From: Opitutales bacterium
Lineage (GTDB): Bacteria; Verrucomicrobiota; Verrucomicrobiia; Opitutales; Coraliomargaritaceae
NCBI GenBank assembly: GCA_049606355.1
Contig: JBMYVL010000004.1
Location: 90,001-122,000, forward strand
Direction of reading: 5' to 3'
Length of the DNA stretch: 32,000 bases
A model generated the notes under the pieces. The model saw only the letters and a program-made list of their open reading frames with translations. It was not told the DNA's origin and searched no databases. Shown here piece after piece: positions 21,542-31,745 of the stretch. Position numbers and translations under genes: made by a program. Each line of letters opens with the position of its first letter. The stretch's first letter is position 1.

Positions 21542-22609
21542 CTACAGTGCGCAGCCAGTCGCTGTTTCGCAGTTTGGGCGCGCGACTAATCCCTTGATGG
21601 GTTCATCCGGGAACAATGCCTCCGCTCGTCCGTTGTCAATTAAGTGCTGGTCACATACGGCATCCAGCTCAGGCTTGGACTTAACGCGTCGCATGGCATG
21701 CAGAAATTCTCCATCGCGATCGACACCTAAGCCCACAAAATTGAGGAACTTTTTAAGGTGATTGATGTGATAGACACCCTGTCTGTCGGGTAGGGTGGTT
21801 GCGGCAAAAAGATCTTCAATATATTGACGCACATCGGCGAACCGTGGCTGAAAGATCGGCTGCCCGCTAAAATGTTCACGGTGTTGACGAAAAATCCACG
21901 GATTGCGAATGCAGGAGCGGCCGATCATGAGTCCAGCAGCACCGGTCTGATCCAGTACCCATTGTCCTTTGCGAACAGAGGTGACGTTGCCATTTGCCAG
22001 GACTGGGCAGGGGACCCATTCGCTGGCTCGTTGAATATACTCATAGTGTACCTCACTTCGATATGCCTCTTTGACGGTGCGCGCATGCAGACTGAGCAAA
22101 TCGACCGAATGTTTCTCGATCAGTTTGAGAATGCTCTCAAAGTTCCGATCGTCCTCAAAGCCGATACGCATTTTGACCGTGAAACGCCCATGGATGGATT
22201 CGCGTAAGCAACCAAGGACGGCATCGATTCGTTGTGGGTCGCGCAGCAAACCTCCGCCTACATTCTTCTTGTATACTTTCGGGGCAGGACAACCCATGTT
22301 GAGGTCGATTCCCGCAACCGGCAGCTGTTGTTCGTGGATGGCCGCGACGGTTCGTTTTAAGTCAGGTAAGCTTTCGCCAATTAATTGAGCGAAGACCGGT
22401 CTGCCAGTGTTGTGCCGGCAAATTGAATCAACAATATGCGACTCCAGTCTGGAATGTGAATGAACACGAAAATACTCAGTGAAGAGCAGGTCGGGCGCTC
22501 CGTACTTGCCTAACAATTGCATGAATGGCAACGTGGTGACATCCTGCATGGGAGCGAGTGCGGTCCATGGCTGACCAGAGATCACCGGATCAGGTAAGGG
22601 CGTCATCAT
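21542..22609 (-). CDS. tRNA-dihydrouridine synthase (Dus family)
   Basis: 355 aa. It has LAPMQDVTTLPFM, NMGCPAPKV (catalytic Cys context) and LSLHARTV. Confidence 0.9.
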   Translation of the reverse strand: MMTPLPDPVISGQPWTALAPMQDVTTLPFMQLLGKYGAPDLLFTEYFRVHSHSRLESHIVDSICRHNTGRPVFAQLIGESLPDLKRTVAAIHEQQLPVAGIDLNMGCPAPKVYKKNVGGGLLRDPQRIDAVLGCLRESIHGRFTVKMRIGFEDDRNFESILKLIEKHSVDLLSLHARTVKEAYRSEVHYEYIQRASEWVPCPVLANGNVTSVRKGQWVLDQTGAAGLMIGRSCIRNPWIFRQHREHFSGQPIFQPRFADVRQYIEDLFAATTLPDRQGVYHINHLKKFLNFVGLGVDRDGEFLHAMRRVKSKPELDAVCDQHLIDNGRAEALFPDEPIKGLVARPNCETATGCAL

Positions 22610-22675
22610 CGAATCCGGTATGCGAGCGACTGGTACGACAGTACCTTGAATTGATACTGGATGTGCACGCAGCGA

Positions 22676-23122
22676 CTAGTCTTCATTCTGCTTCAATATC
22701 TTGGTTAGAATGGCAGACATGTCATCCACCGTATCCATCACTGCGCGTGAGACATAAATCGGCTTATTGGTATTGAGGGCAAGTACCAGTGAGTCGCTGG
22801 GGCGAGCGTCGACCTCAATGATTTTGTGGCCGAGTTCATTATCCATCGACAAAATTAGACGCGCATAAAAAGTACTGTCTTCAACATTATTAATTACAAC
22901 GCGTTCGACTTCTGCGCCGAGACCATCGAGTACGGTTACCATGAGGTCATGCGTTTGCGGGCGTTCGAATTGAACATCATTCACGGCATGCTGTATGGCG
23001 GTGCCGATTCCTTGATCCACATAGATGACGAAGGTCTTGGCATCGTCACCTAAAAATACCGCACATCCGTTGGAGGTGGGCATCACGCCCTTTATGCTGA
23101 CTTGAACCACACTTTTTTCCAT
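22676..23122 (-). CDS. Bifunctional nuclease family protein (BFN / DUF151)
   Basis: 148 aa. It has ERPQTHDLMVTVLDGLG, FYARLIL and VDARPSDSLVLAL...PIYV, which are characteristic of DUF151. Confidence 0.8.
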   Translation of the reverse strand: MEKSVVQVSIKGVMPTSNGCAVFLGDDAKTFVIYVDQGIGTAIQHAVNDVQFERPQTHDLMVTVLDGLGAEVERVVINNVEDSTFYARLILSMDNELGHKIIEVDARPSDSLVLALNTNKPIYVSRAVMDTVDDMSAILTKILKQNED

Positions 23123-23192
23123 AGCGGATCATAGTGCCAGTACGTACTCCGCTCATCAAGTGTTTTGCTCGATAGAAAATCAGGATTGATTA

Positions 23193-23789
23193 TTGTCGTC
23201 CTCAGCGCTGCAGTGGTCGCACTATTTTCCCGTGAAAGAAATAAAGCAGTGCAGCAGTCCAAATCTATACCTCGTTGGGTTTATGGGGGTGGGTAAATCT
23301 GCGCTGGGCCGACGCGTTGCGCATGAGTTGGGCTATCAATTCATCGATTCCGACCAAAGTATCGAGAAGCAGGTGGGCCAGTCGATCTCAGCGATTTTTG
23401 AAAATGAAGGGGAGGCGCGCTTTCGGGCATATGAGAAGGCCTTTATCGAGTCCGGGCACCCGCAGAGTCGCTGTGTGGTTTCTTGTGGCGGTGGTTTAGT
23501 GGTGCAGCCGGGCATGAAGGAACTGTTGAAGGCTCAAGGTGTGGTCATTTGTTTATTTGCATCCATCGAAACCATAATCGAGCGCACCAGCCGCAACCGT
23601 AAGCGACCGCTTTTGAATGTGAATGATCCCGAGGCGCGGATCCGTGAATTGTTTGCAGAACGCGAATCCATCTATATGGACTCGGGCGCCTGTATTAGTA
23701 CCGAAGGTCGCACAATTGCTGAAGTCGTGCGCCACATGATTCGCACCTACAAGGATTGTGTGAATAAGGATCGCCAGCGAACGAGTTAG
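23193..23789 (+). CDS. aroK: Shikimate kinase
   Basis: It has the P-loop LVGFMGVGKSALGR, FIDSDQSIE and GEARFRAYE. The start is uncertain: the track uses TTG at 23193, while the in-frame GTG at 23232 gives a more typical short N-terminus. Confidence 0.88.
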   Translation: MSSSALQWSHYFPVKEIKQCSSPNLYLVGFMGVGKSALGRRVAHELGYQFIDSDQSIEKQVGQSISAIFENEGEARFRAYEKAFIESGHPQSRCVVSCGGGLVVQPGMKELLKAQGVVICLFASIETIIERTSRNRKRPLLNVNDPEARIRELFAERESIYMDSGACISTEGRTIAEVVRHMIRTYKDCVNKDRQRTS

Positions 23790-23829
23790 CACTCAGCACG
23801 GCTTGCTGCACTAACTGCTTTGTATCGCG

Positions 23830-24240
23830 TTAAGTTTCGTTTTGCCACGCGGCATCCAGTTTAGCCATGAAGGCCTCAGGCGGTCGTAGGCCTTTGCCGT
23901 TTTCATCCATGAATCCGTGAGTGGTGCTGCCCGTCGCCAGTAGCGCATCTGTCCGCCACACTTCATAGTCAAAGCGAAAACGAGCGCGTGGTTTCTCGCG
24001 CATATAAAGGTGAACCTGAAGTTGATCATCGAAGCGAGCGGGTGAGCGATAGTCTGCACTCGCGGTGAGCACTGGGATTCGCAAACCGCTGGCTTCAATC
24101 TCCCGGTAGGGCGTACCAATTTGATCCAGCATCAGGATGCGCGCGGTTTCAAACCACACAAAGTAGTTACTGTGGTAGACCACATCCATCCGATCGGTTT
24201 CGGCATAGCGCACTCTTATTTTTGAAATTGTATGAATCAT
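23830..24240 (-). CDS. Acyl-CoA thioesterase, 4HBT / YbgC-like
   Basis: 136 aa. VRYAETDRMDVVYHSNYFVWFETAR is the hot-dog fold 4HBT signature. Confidence 0.85.
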   Translation of the reverse strand: MIHTISKIRVRYAETDRMDVVYHSNYFVWFETARILMLDQIGTPYREIEASGLRIPVLTASADYRSPARFDDQLQVHLYMREKPRARFRFDYEVWRTDALLATGSTTHGFMDENGKGLRPPEAFMAKLDAAWQNET

Positions 24241-24326
24241 GTGTGCGATGGATCCAGAACTATATGCGGCACGGACCCAAACAAAATTTCACACTTCACA
24301 GCGCGCGGCTCGATCGCCAGTTTTAG

Positions 24327-24587
24327 GTGATGGTATCTTTTCTCAGGTGCGCTTTAAAGTGGGTCGGTGGTTGGTTGTATTATGTCTGCCTAATTTGTTT
24401 CGCAGGCACGCTGCTCGGCATGTTAACGCATGGGCTGTTCGCGTGTCTTTACCGTGATGCGGTAGACTGGAGCTATTATGTGGCCCTCGGTTGTTTACAC
24501 GGCCTGAAATATAGTGGTTTATGGGCTGGGGGTGCGGCCATCGTGCTTTGCGTAATGCGTGCCCACAAGGAATGGTCTCAGGAGTAA
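24327..24587 (+). CDS. Hypothetical small Cys-rich membrane protein
   Basis: 86 aa, starting at GTG 24327 or ATG 24330. Two or three hydrophobic segments are present (WLYYVCLICFAGTLLGML, YYVALGCL, LWAGGAAIVLCVM). No homology is recognised, so coding status is uncertain. Confidence 0.4.
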   Translation: MMVSFLRCALKWVGGWLYYVCLICFAGTLLGMLTHGLFACLYRDAVDWSYYVALGCLHGLKYSGLWAGGAAIVLCVMRAHKEWSQE

Positions 24588-24606
24588 CAGTCGAACGCAG
24601 AACGGT

Positions 24607-25170
24607 ATGAGCACTAGTGAACGTATATTGGTTTATTCGGTAGGATTTATTTTAGGGATGGGTCTGGTATCGATCCTTGTGCTGCGTCGCACTGCGCCTC
24701 ATGCGGGTAGCGAAGATCCATGGCAACATCACTTACATGCGTCGCAAGCTGCGGCGGTGGAGGCATTGCCAAACAACGTCGAGGTGGCGATGCTGAAGGG
24801 GCATCCAATGGCGTTTGGTTATCTGCCGAGTGCAGCGGATCCTCAGCAACGCGTCTGGTTGCTTCATTTTGACGAAAGCTATCCGTTTGTACGTGTGGTC
24901 GAGGAATTAAGTGACGGTAAGCTGACTTATATGGCCGCCGATCAGATCAAAATTCGACTCCAGCCGCAGGTTGATGTCACCGAGCTAGCGCCAATGCTGG
25001 AGGCCTTGCAACTGCGCTTGCGCAATTTTAACCGCAAGCATCACATCGCGATCGTGGGGGTCATCGACACCCAAATCGATGCGGTCCCACGTACACTCAA
25101 AGCGATACAGCCGTGGTCGGAACTCTTTGTAAGCGCAGACGTTGATGGAATTGAATTTCGAAGTCACTGA
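24607..25170 (+). CDS. Hypothetical membrane-anchored protein
   Basis: The track ORF is 24559..25170. I prefer the ATG at 24607 (MSTSERILVYSVGFILGMGLVSILVL), which gives a single N-terminal TM anchor and a soluble domain of about 150 aa. No recognised domain. Confidence 0.5.
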   Translation: MSTSERILVYSVGFILGMGLVSILVLRRTAPHAGSEDPWQHHLHASQAAAVEALPNNVEVAMLKGHPMAFGYLPSAADPQQRVWLLHFDESYPFVRVVEELSDGKLTYMAADQIKIRLQPQVDVTELAPMLEALQLRLRNFNRKHHIAIVGVIDTQIDAVPRTLKAIQPWSELFVSADVDGIEFRSH

Positions 25171-25337
25171 GTGGCTGGCTGCGGTTCCCGTATGCCCCTG
25201 AATCCGGGCAAGGATAGGCGCTCAAGTCAGTTCTTGCTGCAGGCTAATAATGGCATTGACCCGAAATTAGCTTTTCCCTTTTTTAGTGCGCTTTTTCACA
25301 CGTCAACGGCACAACGGCCGTTTTACATTTTGAGTTT

Positions 25338-26672
25338 ATGAGCACTGCAACTACAGAGATCGAAGAAATCAGCCCAACCCGTAAGCGGATTACGGTTAAC
25401 TTTAGCAATGAAGAAGTTGCTGAACAGGAGGCACAGTTGATTAAGGACTTTCAACGCCAAGCGAAGGTGCCGGGCTTTCGGCCCGGTAAGGCTCCGGAAA
25501 AAATGGTCCGTGCCCGCTTTGCGAAGGATATTGCAAAAGAGCTGAAAAGCAGAGTCGTTTCTCAGGCACATCAACAAGGCGTTGTCGGTGCTGACTTAAC
25601 TATTTTCGGGGTGGTGGAACTCGATGAAGGTGAGATCACTGGCACTCAGAGCGCTCAAATTAGCTTCACTGTGGACGTTATTCCGGAGTTTGAGATTCCA
25701 GAGTACGAGGGTCTGAAAATTGAGAGTGCCGCGACTGACGCATCCGATGAAGAAGTCGACAAAATGCTCAACCAAATCCTCAGCCAGCGCGCGGAATATA
25801 ATGTTGTGGAAAAGGCGGCCGAAAAGGGTGACTATGTCCGCTGCAGTTATGAGGGTAAAATCGGCGATGCCTTGATTGCCGACTTAGTGCCCGATGCTCC
25901 GATTTATGGCACTCAGGCGACGACTTGGGAAGAGGCCGGCTCGGAGGATTCGCCCGGGGTCCGTGCCGTTGTGGATGCCTTGCTTGGTATGAGTGCAGGC
26001 GATGAAAAAGAGGTGAGTATGGACTTCGCTGACGACTTTAAGGTTGAAGCCTTGGCTGGCAAAAGCGCGCATTACTCCATCAAAGTCGAAGAGGTCCGCG
26101 AAAAGGTGATGCCCGAACTCAGCGAAGATTTCTTTAAAAGTATTCAGGTTAAAGATGAAGCTGAACTGCGTCAGCAGATCGCACAAAATATCGAGAACCA
26201 GAAGAAACAACAAAACTTCCAAGCAGAACGTCAGCAAATTACGGATCAACTGAATCAAGCCGTTGAATTGCCGCTCCCCGAAAGTGGTATCGAGGGCGAG
26301 ACCGAAAGCATCCTGCGTGATTTCATGCAACGCAATCTGCAACAAGGGGCGAAGCCGGAAGATTTTGATGCTCAAAAAGAAGCCTTGCACGCGAGCGCTT
26401 CCAAAGCAGCTGAAGATCGGTTGAAATCACGGATCATTCTCAGCAAAATTGCTGAAAAAGAGAAGATTAAGGTCGAGAACGAAGATTTCAGCCAAATCAT
26501 CATGAATGAAGCCATGCAAACGGGTCAGAAGCCTGAAAAACTGGTGAAGGAATTGCGTAAGGATCAAGACCGTATCAACCGGATGCGTTCGGATATCCTG
26601 CTGGGTAAGGCCATGGACCTCTTGATTGAAAAGGCAGAGCGATCCGTTGTCGAAGCGGCTCCTACAGAGTAG
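25338..26672 (+). CDS. tig: Trigger factor
   Basis: 444 aa. It has the ribosome-binding motif GFRPGKAP, an FKBP-like middle region and a helical C-terminal domain. It lies upstream of clpP-clpX, the conserved arrangement. Confidence 0.95.
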   Translation: MSTATTEIEEISPTRKRITVNFSNEEVAEQEAQLIKDFQRQAKVPGFRPGKAPEKMVRARFAKDIAKELKSRVVSQAHQQGVVGADLTIFGVVELDEGEITGTQSAQISFTVDVIPEFEIPEYEGLKIESAATDASDEEVDKMLNQILSQRAEYNVVEKAAEKGDYVRCSYEGKIGDALIADLVPDAPIYGTQATTWEEAGSEDSPGVRAVVDALLGMSAGDEKEVSMDFADDFKVEALAGKSAHYSIKVEEVREKVMPELSEDFFKSIQVKDEAELRQQIAQNIENQKKQQNFQAERQQITDQLNQAVELPLPESGIEGETESILRDFMQRNLQQGAKPEDFDAQKEALHASASKAAEDRLKSRIILSKIAEKEKIKVENEDFSQIIMNEAMQTGQKPEKLVKELRKDQDRINRMRSDILLGKAMDLLIEKAERSVVEAAPTE

Positions 26673-26760
26673 CGGTCTGAGTGGAATGCTTAAAAGCATT
26701 TGCTTCTACGGCTGGAGTCGGTATCGTCGCTATTTTTATCTTACCTGACCTATTATTACT

Positions 26761-27357
26761 GTGAGTTACGTACCACTTCCTACTGTTTACGAGCGAGAAG
26801 GCCGCACCGAGCGCGCCTGGGATATTTATAGCCGTTTGCTGCGCGATCGCATTATTTTCATTGGGACGCCGATCAATGATTTTGTCGCGAATGCGGTCAT
26901 TGCGCAGATGTTATTCTTGCAGATGGAGGATCCTAAAAAGGATATCAGCCTCTACATCAATTCTCCAGGCGGGAGTGTAACTGACGGCATGGCCATTTAT
27001 GACACCATGAATTTCTTGCAGTGCGACATCGTTACTTACTGCGTCGGTCAAGCTGCGAGTATGGCGACGCTGCTGTTGGCCGCAGGAACGAAGGGCAAGC
27101 GCTACGCACTACCAAACAGCCGTGTGATGATGCACCAACCGACCGGTGGCGCGACGGGTCAAACTTCGGATATCTCGATCGCCGCTCGGGAAATCTTACG
27201 TTGGCGGGCGCGCATGAATGAGTTGATCGCCTCACACACAAATAAAACCGTCGAGGAAGTGGCTGCAGATTCAGATCGCGATTTTTATTTAACCGCTCAA
27301 GATGCGCTTGAATATGGTGTGGTGGACAAAGTGATCGAAAGCAAACCGGGTGCATAA
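26761..27357 (+). CDS. clpP: ATP-dependent Clp protease proteolytic subunit
   Basis: 198 aa with a GTG start. It has [13 protein letters not shown], the catalytic Ser in GQAASMA and His in MMHQP. Confidence 0.96.
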   Translation: MSYVPLPTVYEREGRTERAWDIYSRLLRDRIIFIGTPINDFVANAVIAQMLFLQMEDPKKDISLYINSPGGSVTDGMAIYDTMNFLQCDIVTYCVGQAASMATLLLAAGTKGKRYALPNSRVMMHQPTGGATGQTSDISIAAREILRWRARMNELIASHTNKTVEEVAADSDRDFYLTAQDALEYGVVDKVIESKPGA

Positions 27358-27446
27358 AGAAGCCTGGTAGCGATCGCGGTTGGCTGATGCATCGAATCAG
27401 GCAGCGCAACTCATGAATCGCCCGGCACACGAACCAATCAATTCAA

Positions 27447-28823
27447 ATGGCTAAATCGACACGCATGACATTTTGTTCGTTCTGTGGCAAAGCACAGAAC
27501 GAAGTGCGTAAGATGATTGCTGGCCCAGCAAGTGTACACATCTGCGATTCCTGCGTGTCGGTCTGTAAGACGATTATTGAGCGTGAGCTATCCGATGCGG
27601 CAGGCGAGGCTGAAGCAGCTCCGGCGGCGAATCCTGCGAATGAGCGCTTCAACTTACTCAAGCCGGCGCAAATAAAGACCCACTTGGATGCACACATCAT
27701 TAGCCAAGACTACGCGAAGCGTGCCTTAGCGGTGGCGGTCTACAATCACTACAAGCGCCTTCGCTCTGAGGAGCGCATTGATGCGGCGATGGATTTTGCG
27801 GACATCGATGAAAAATTCAGTGATGTTCAAATTGAGAAGAGTAACATTTTACTACTTGGCCCTACGGGCAGCGGTAAGACGCTGTTGGCCCGCACCTTGG
27901 CCAAAGTTTTGGGTGTCCCGTTTGCGATCGCCGATGCGACGACACTGACCGAAGCCGGTTATGTCGGTGAAGATGTCGAAAATATCGTGCTGCGCTTATT
28001 ACAATCTGCGGATTATGACGTGAAGCGAGCCGAGTGTGGGATTATTTATGTCGATGAGATCGACAAAATCGGTCGTAAAACCGACAATGTTTCCATCACG
28101 CGGGATGTATCGGGTGAAGGCGTGCAGCAGGCGCTGCTTAAGATTCTCGAAGGCACGGTGTGCAACGTGCCACCCCAGGGAGGCCGGAAGCATCCCAATC
28201 AGGAGTACATCCAGTTGGATACGGCAAATATACTGTTCATTTGCGGTGGTGCTTTTGTTGGGCTCGATAAAATTGTGCAAAGCCGCATCGGTTCCAAGGC
28301 GATGGGCTTTGATACCACGCACAATCGTCGTTCGGGTGAAGTTCCCGTCAGTGAATTACTACGAGATACGCAACCGGAAGACTTGGTTCATTTCGGCATG
28401 ATTCCCGAATTTATTGGCCGCCTCCCTATGGTTGCTGTTTTGGATGAGCTATCCGAGGCTGATCTCGAGCACATCCTGCAAAACACAAAGAACGCGCTGA
28501 CGAAGCAATATGCGAAGCTGTTTTCAATGGATGGGGCGAAGCTACGGTTCACTCGGGATGCGATTCGTGCCATCGCGGAAAAAGCGATCGCCTTGAAAAC
28601 CGGTGCACGTGCATTGCGCTCTATAATGGAGCGATTGATGCTCGATGTAATGTATGATTTGCCCCAACTGGAAGACGTTGCGGAAGTAGTCATCAATCGC
28701 GCGGTCGTTGAAGGGCGCGGAAAGCCAAAAGTGAAAGCCGTAGCTGCGGCCTCAGCTAAAGCGAAGCTGCCGGATAGCAAACCGAATGCGCAGGGCGAGA
28801 GTGGCTCTGCAGATGCTGCATAG
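27447..28823 (+). CDS. clpX: ATP-dependent Clp protease ATP-binding subunit ClpX
   Basis: 458 aa. It has the Zn-binding N-domain CSFCGK...HICDSCV, Walker A ([11 protein letters not shown]), the pore loop GYVGEDV, Walker B (IIYVDEIDK) and the IGF-type loop MGF. Confidence 0.97.
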   Translation: MAKSTRMTFCSFCGKAQNEVRKMIAGPASVHICDSCVSVCKTIIERELSDAAGEAEAAPAANPANERFNLLKPAQIKTHLDAHIISQDYAKRALAVAVYNHYKRLRSEERIDAAMDFADIDEKFSDVQIEKSNILLLGPTGSGKTLLARTLAKVLGVPFAIADATTLTEAGYVGEDVENIVLRLLQSADYDVKRAECGIIYVDEIDKIGRKTDNVSITRDVSGEGVQQALLKILEGTVCNVPPQGGRKHPNQEYIQLDTANILFICGGAFVGLDKIVQSRIGSKAMGFDTTHNRRSGEVPVSELLRDTQPEDLVHFGMIPEFIGRLPMVAVLDELSEADLEHILQNTKNALTKQYAKLFSMDGAKLRFTRDAIRAIAEKAIALKTGARALRSIMERLMLDVMYDLPQLEDVAEVVINRAVVEGRGKPKVKAVAAASAKAKLPDSKPNAQGESGSADAA

Positions 28824-28865
28824 AGTGGCCACACTCTGTATGCTTAAGCTTCGGGCCTTCGCTTT

Positions 28866-29330
28866 TTAGTACGCCAGGCTAAAGCCATGGGTTAAGTTGG
28901 CTTCGTCGAGAAGGGCTAATGCGCTTTGTTCGGCAGCGCGCATCTGTGCCCGATCGGATTCGCTCCGGTCATCATAGCCTGCCAAGTGTAGCCAACCATG
29001 AATGAGATAGAGGCTGAGTTCGCGACTGAAGGGTATACCGAACTCCTTTGACCTGTTGCGCGCGTGATCGACGGAAACAATAATCTCGCCGGCAGACTGC
29101 ATCGCAGGATCGGCTTGAAAAGTGATCACATCAGTTGCGGTCGCATCGTTCATAAAGTCCGCATGCACCCGCGCAATCTCGCTGTCATCGACGAATACAA
29201 CGGAAAGTTCTCCCGGCTGAATCGCGAATTGCTCGGATGCTTCAATCGCGGCAAACAATGCACGGGTGGCTTGTTCCGGTGCGTCGAGCTGCTTATACCG
29301 GTTGTTGATCTCCAGTTGAATTGGGTTCAT
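28866..29330 (-). CDS. ybeY: rRNA maturation endoribonuclease YbeY
   Basis: The track ORF is 28866..29486. I use the ATG at 29328-29330 (MNPIQLEINN...) because the longer N-terminus lies inside the upstream gene. The metal motif is HGWLHLAGYDD. Confidence 0.9.
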   Translation of the reverse strand: MNPIQLEINNRYKQLDAPEQATRALFAAIEASEQFAIQPGELSVVFVDDSEIARVHADFMNDATATDVITFQADPAMQSAGEIIVSVDHARNRSKEFGIPFSRELSLYLIHGWLHLAGYDDRSESDRAQMRAAEQSALALLDEANLTHGFSLAY

Positions 29331-31707
29331 CGGATGGGATCGGTTGAGCGGGAGCACTGCTCGGAGCACTGGTTTCTTTCGGATATTCGACCCGCGAGTG
29401 AAGCATGTTGAGCAAGGTGTAGACGAAACTGCCCCGAATCTGATGCAACTCCTGAAATGTGAGCGGGCAATCATCCAGTTGGCCATCCTCGATTCGGTCC
29501 TTGAAGATGGTGTCGATGAGCTCTTCCACTGCAGGTTGCGTGACTTTCTTTAAGCTACGGCTGGCCGCTTCGACACCATCCGCGAAGAAAATAATCGCGC
29601 TTTCTTTGAATGCAGGGCGTGGCCCGTCATAACGGTAGGTACTTTCATCGACGGCACTTAAATCCTGGCTGCGACTGGCTGCACCCTCGGTTCGATCCTG
29701 CGAGCGATCTTGGCGCTTCTGCTGCGCTTGATGGTAGAAATATTGAATGAGGCTGGTGCCGTGGTGTTGCCGGATCACATCTATAATGACGCGTGGTAGT
29801 TTATGATGGCGGGCTAATTCAACACCCTCTTTGACGTGCGCTTTGATCACCAACGCACTCATCGATGGGTTTTGCACATCATGCGGGTTGACGCCACCGC
29901 GTTGATTCTCAGTGAAATACTCGGGTTTGACCAACTTGCCGATGTCATGGAAAAAACAACACACACGACACAGGAGCGGACTTGCGCCGATTGCCGCAGC
30001 AGCATTCTCAGATAAATTCGCTACCATGAGGCTGTGGTGGTAGGTGCCGGGTGCCTCCATTTGCATGCGCCGCAGTAATGGGTGATTAAAGTCGGTGAGC
30101 TCGAGTAGGGTAATTTCGGTGGTGACTTTGAATAGATGTTCGAGCACCGGCAGTAATCCAGCAGCTAAAATACCTGTGAGTAGACCGACAATCAGTGCAA
30201 TTAAGATTTGTTGCCCGATCAGGCCTGCAGAATAGTCATTCAATACTCCCAGAAGAATGCCGCTGGTTGCCGCGGCTAATCCTGCGTACAGGCCTGCGCG
30301 GACAAGCTTAGAGCGCTTGCGGATGTTTGCTGCGAAGGTACTGCCGACTGCACCCGATAAGAATGCAATCAACATAAACTCAATAGAATTGTCCTGTATG
30401 ATACCAAAAAGTACGGCGATGATGAGAGCCGACAAGATTGCAGGCGATGTCCCGACCAGTACCGCAACCACAATAGGTGCAAGGGCATAGGGGGCGATAA
30501 ACGGCAGCATACTTAATAAAGGGCGATTGGTTTCGGCGGCGATTTCACCAATTTCCATAACCAAACGGATGATCAACAAGTTGAGCAGGATACTGACTGC
30601 TGTAATCGCGATCGCTCGATTGCGTTTATAGACCTCACGCAGCCCTTGCTTGATGTAGATCAAGACTGCGATGAATAAAGCCATAGCGAGTATGGTTCGT
30701 TTTAAGAATAGGGTGTTCACCCAAATCGAATCACTGCCGATAGTTAACTCACGAGCGTTGTAAGCCTTCATGCGCTCCAGGTCGATGGCGCGAATCAAGG
30801 CGCCCGGCTCAATTAAGGTATCACCTTTGGCGTAAGCTTGCACGGGGGGAGTGATGGTCGCAGTCGCACGCTCGATCGCACGATTGGTACTGCTCTCGCT
30901 GTAAATCAAATTTGCTTCTAAGCCGACACGAAAGATTTCAAACAGCGCGCGAGCCGTGCTTTGATTACGTGAAAGGGAGTCGATTTCTCGTCGCAAGGAT
31001 ACCGTCGCTTTTTCAAGTGATCGCGCTTCCGGAAGCTGACTGCGTCCCTCTTCATCCAATAATTGAATCACAGTAACCTGCGGCGCAGCTTCGGCGCTAC
31101 GCTGAGTGGCATACACCCCATCATCATAAAGGTTTCTGAGTCGCTCGAGTCCTTCTTTAAATAGGGATGCGCGTTCCTTCGGGGTGGTTTTTTTAGTTAA
31201 CTCGAGGATGACCGCAGTCTCAAGAGTGACGTCGAATTTTTCGAGTGTGCTGCGGATCGCATTCTCCCGCTCGGCTGCGAGCACCTCCTCCCCTTCATCT
31301 TCAAAATTAATCTGAGTTTGTGCGAGACGATCCTGAATCTCACTGATGAGTTTGCGGAAGCGGCTATAGGGCTCGTAGCTGCGTTCAAAAACAGGAGGGA
31401 CTTGTGCCCGAACCGCTCGAACTTGTTCTTCGCGCAGCAGTTCACTGGTGTATTCAAAGTCAAACTCCGCTACGATCCGGGCTGGAGCCGGTTGGTTGAC
31501 GATTAACTGTGGCCCTTTCGGTTGTTGCCCGAAGAAACTGATGATGATGACGAGGGCGGCAAAGATGAAAAAGAGTCCACCCTCAACCAATTGACTGGTT
31601 TCGAAAAAGTGGGTGGCACCGACGTCTTCGCTGCTGCGTGATTTTCGTTGCCTGCGTTGCGGCGAGGGATCCAAGCGTTTGGGGGATTTTTTAAAAAATG
31701 CGGCCAT
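29293..31707 (-). CDS. 7TM-receptor HD-domain phosphohydrolase (PgpH / YqfF-like)
   Basis: 804 aa. An N-terminal TM segment and a large extracytoplasmic domain are followed by about 7 TM helices and an HD domain (HHSLMVANLSE...FFHDIGKLVKPEYF...QHHGTSL). It sits between phoH and ybeY, the conserved arrangement. Confidence 0.88.
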   Translation of the reverse strand: MAAFFKKSPKRLDPSPQRRQRKSRSSEDVGATHFFETSQLVEGGLFFIFAALVIIISFFGQQPKGPQLIVNQPAPARIVAEFDFEYTSELLREEQVRAVRAQVPPVFERSYEPYSRFRKLISEIQDRLAQTQINFEDEGEEVLAAERENAIRSTLEKFDVTLETAVILELTKKTTPKERASLFKEGLERLRNLYDDGVYATQRSAEAAPQVTVIQLLDEEGRSQLPEARSLEKATVSLRREIDSLSRNQSTARALFEIFRVGLEANLIYSESSTNRAIERATATITPPVQAYAKGDTLIEPGALIRAIDLERMKAYNARELTIGSDSIWVNTLFLKRTILAMALFIAVLIYIKQGLREVYKRNRAIAITAVSILLNLLIIRLVMEIGEIAAETNRPLLSMLPFIAPYALAPIVVAVLVGTSPAILSALIIAVLFGIIQDNSIEFMLIAFLSGAVGSTFAANIRKRSKLVRAGLYAGLAAATSGILLGVLNDYSAGLIGQQILIALIVGLLTGILAAGLLPVLEHLFKVTTEITLLELTDFNHPLLRRMQMEAPGTYHHSLMVANLSENAAAAIGASPLLCRVCCFFHDIGKLVKPEYFTENQRGGVNPHDVQNPSMSALVIKAHVKEGVELARHHKLPRVIIDVIRQHHGTSLIQYFYHQAQQKRQDRSQDRTEGAASRSQDLSAVDESTYRYDGPRPAFKESAIIFFADGVEAASRSLKKVTQPAVEELIDTIFKDRIEDGQLDDCPLTFQELHQIRGSFVYTLLNMLHSRVEYPKETSAPSSAPAQPIPSDEPNSTGDQQPV

Positions 31708-31745
31708 AGTAGAGTCGTTTGGCGAGAGTTATTAAGTCGATTGAT

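Noticed and set aside
24239-24457. A 72-aa plus-strand ORF overlapping the thioesterase start and the small membrane ORF.
   Set aside because: It has an Arg-rich, low-complexity composition and overlaps two better-supported frames.
26685-26707. AATGCTT-AA-AAGCATT hairpin after tig, as a possible terminator.
   Set aside because: The stem is short and AT-rich with a cramped loop and only a weak T-tract. tig-clpP-clpX is commonly co-transcribed. This is too weak to call as a feature.
28866-29486. The long 206-aa form of the ybeY ORF in the track.
   Set aside because: The first 52 codons lie inside the PgpH-like gene, have an Arg/Cys/Ser-rich non-protein-like composition, and precede a perfectly typical YbeY N-terminus beginning at the ATG at 29330.
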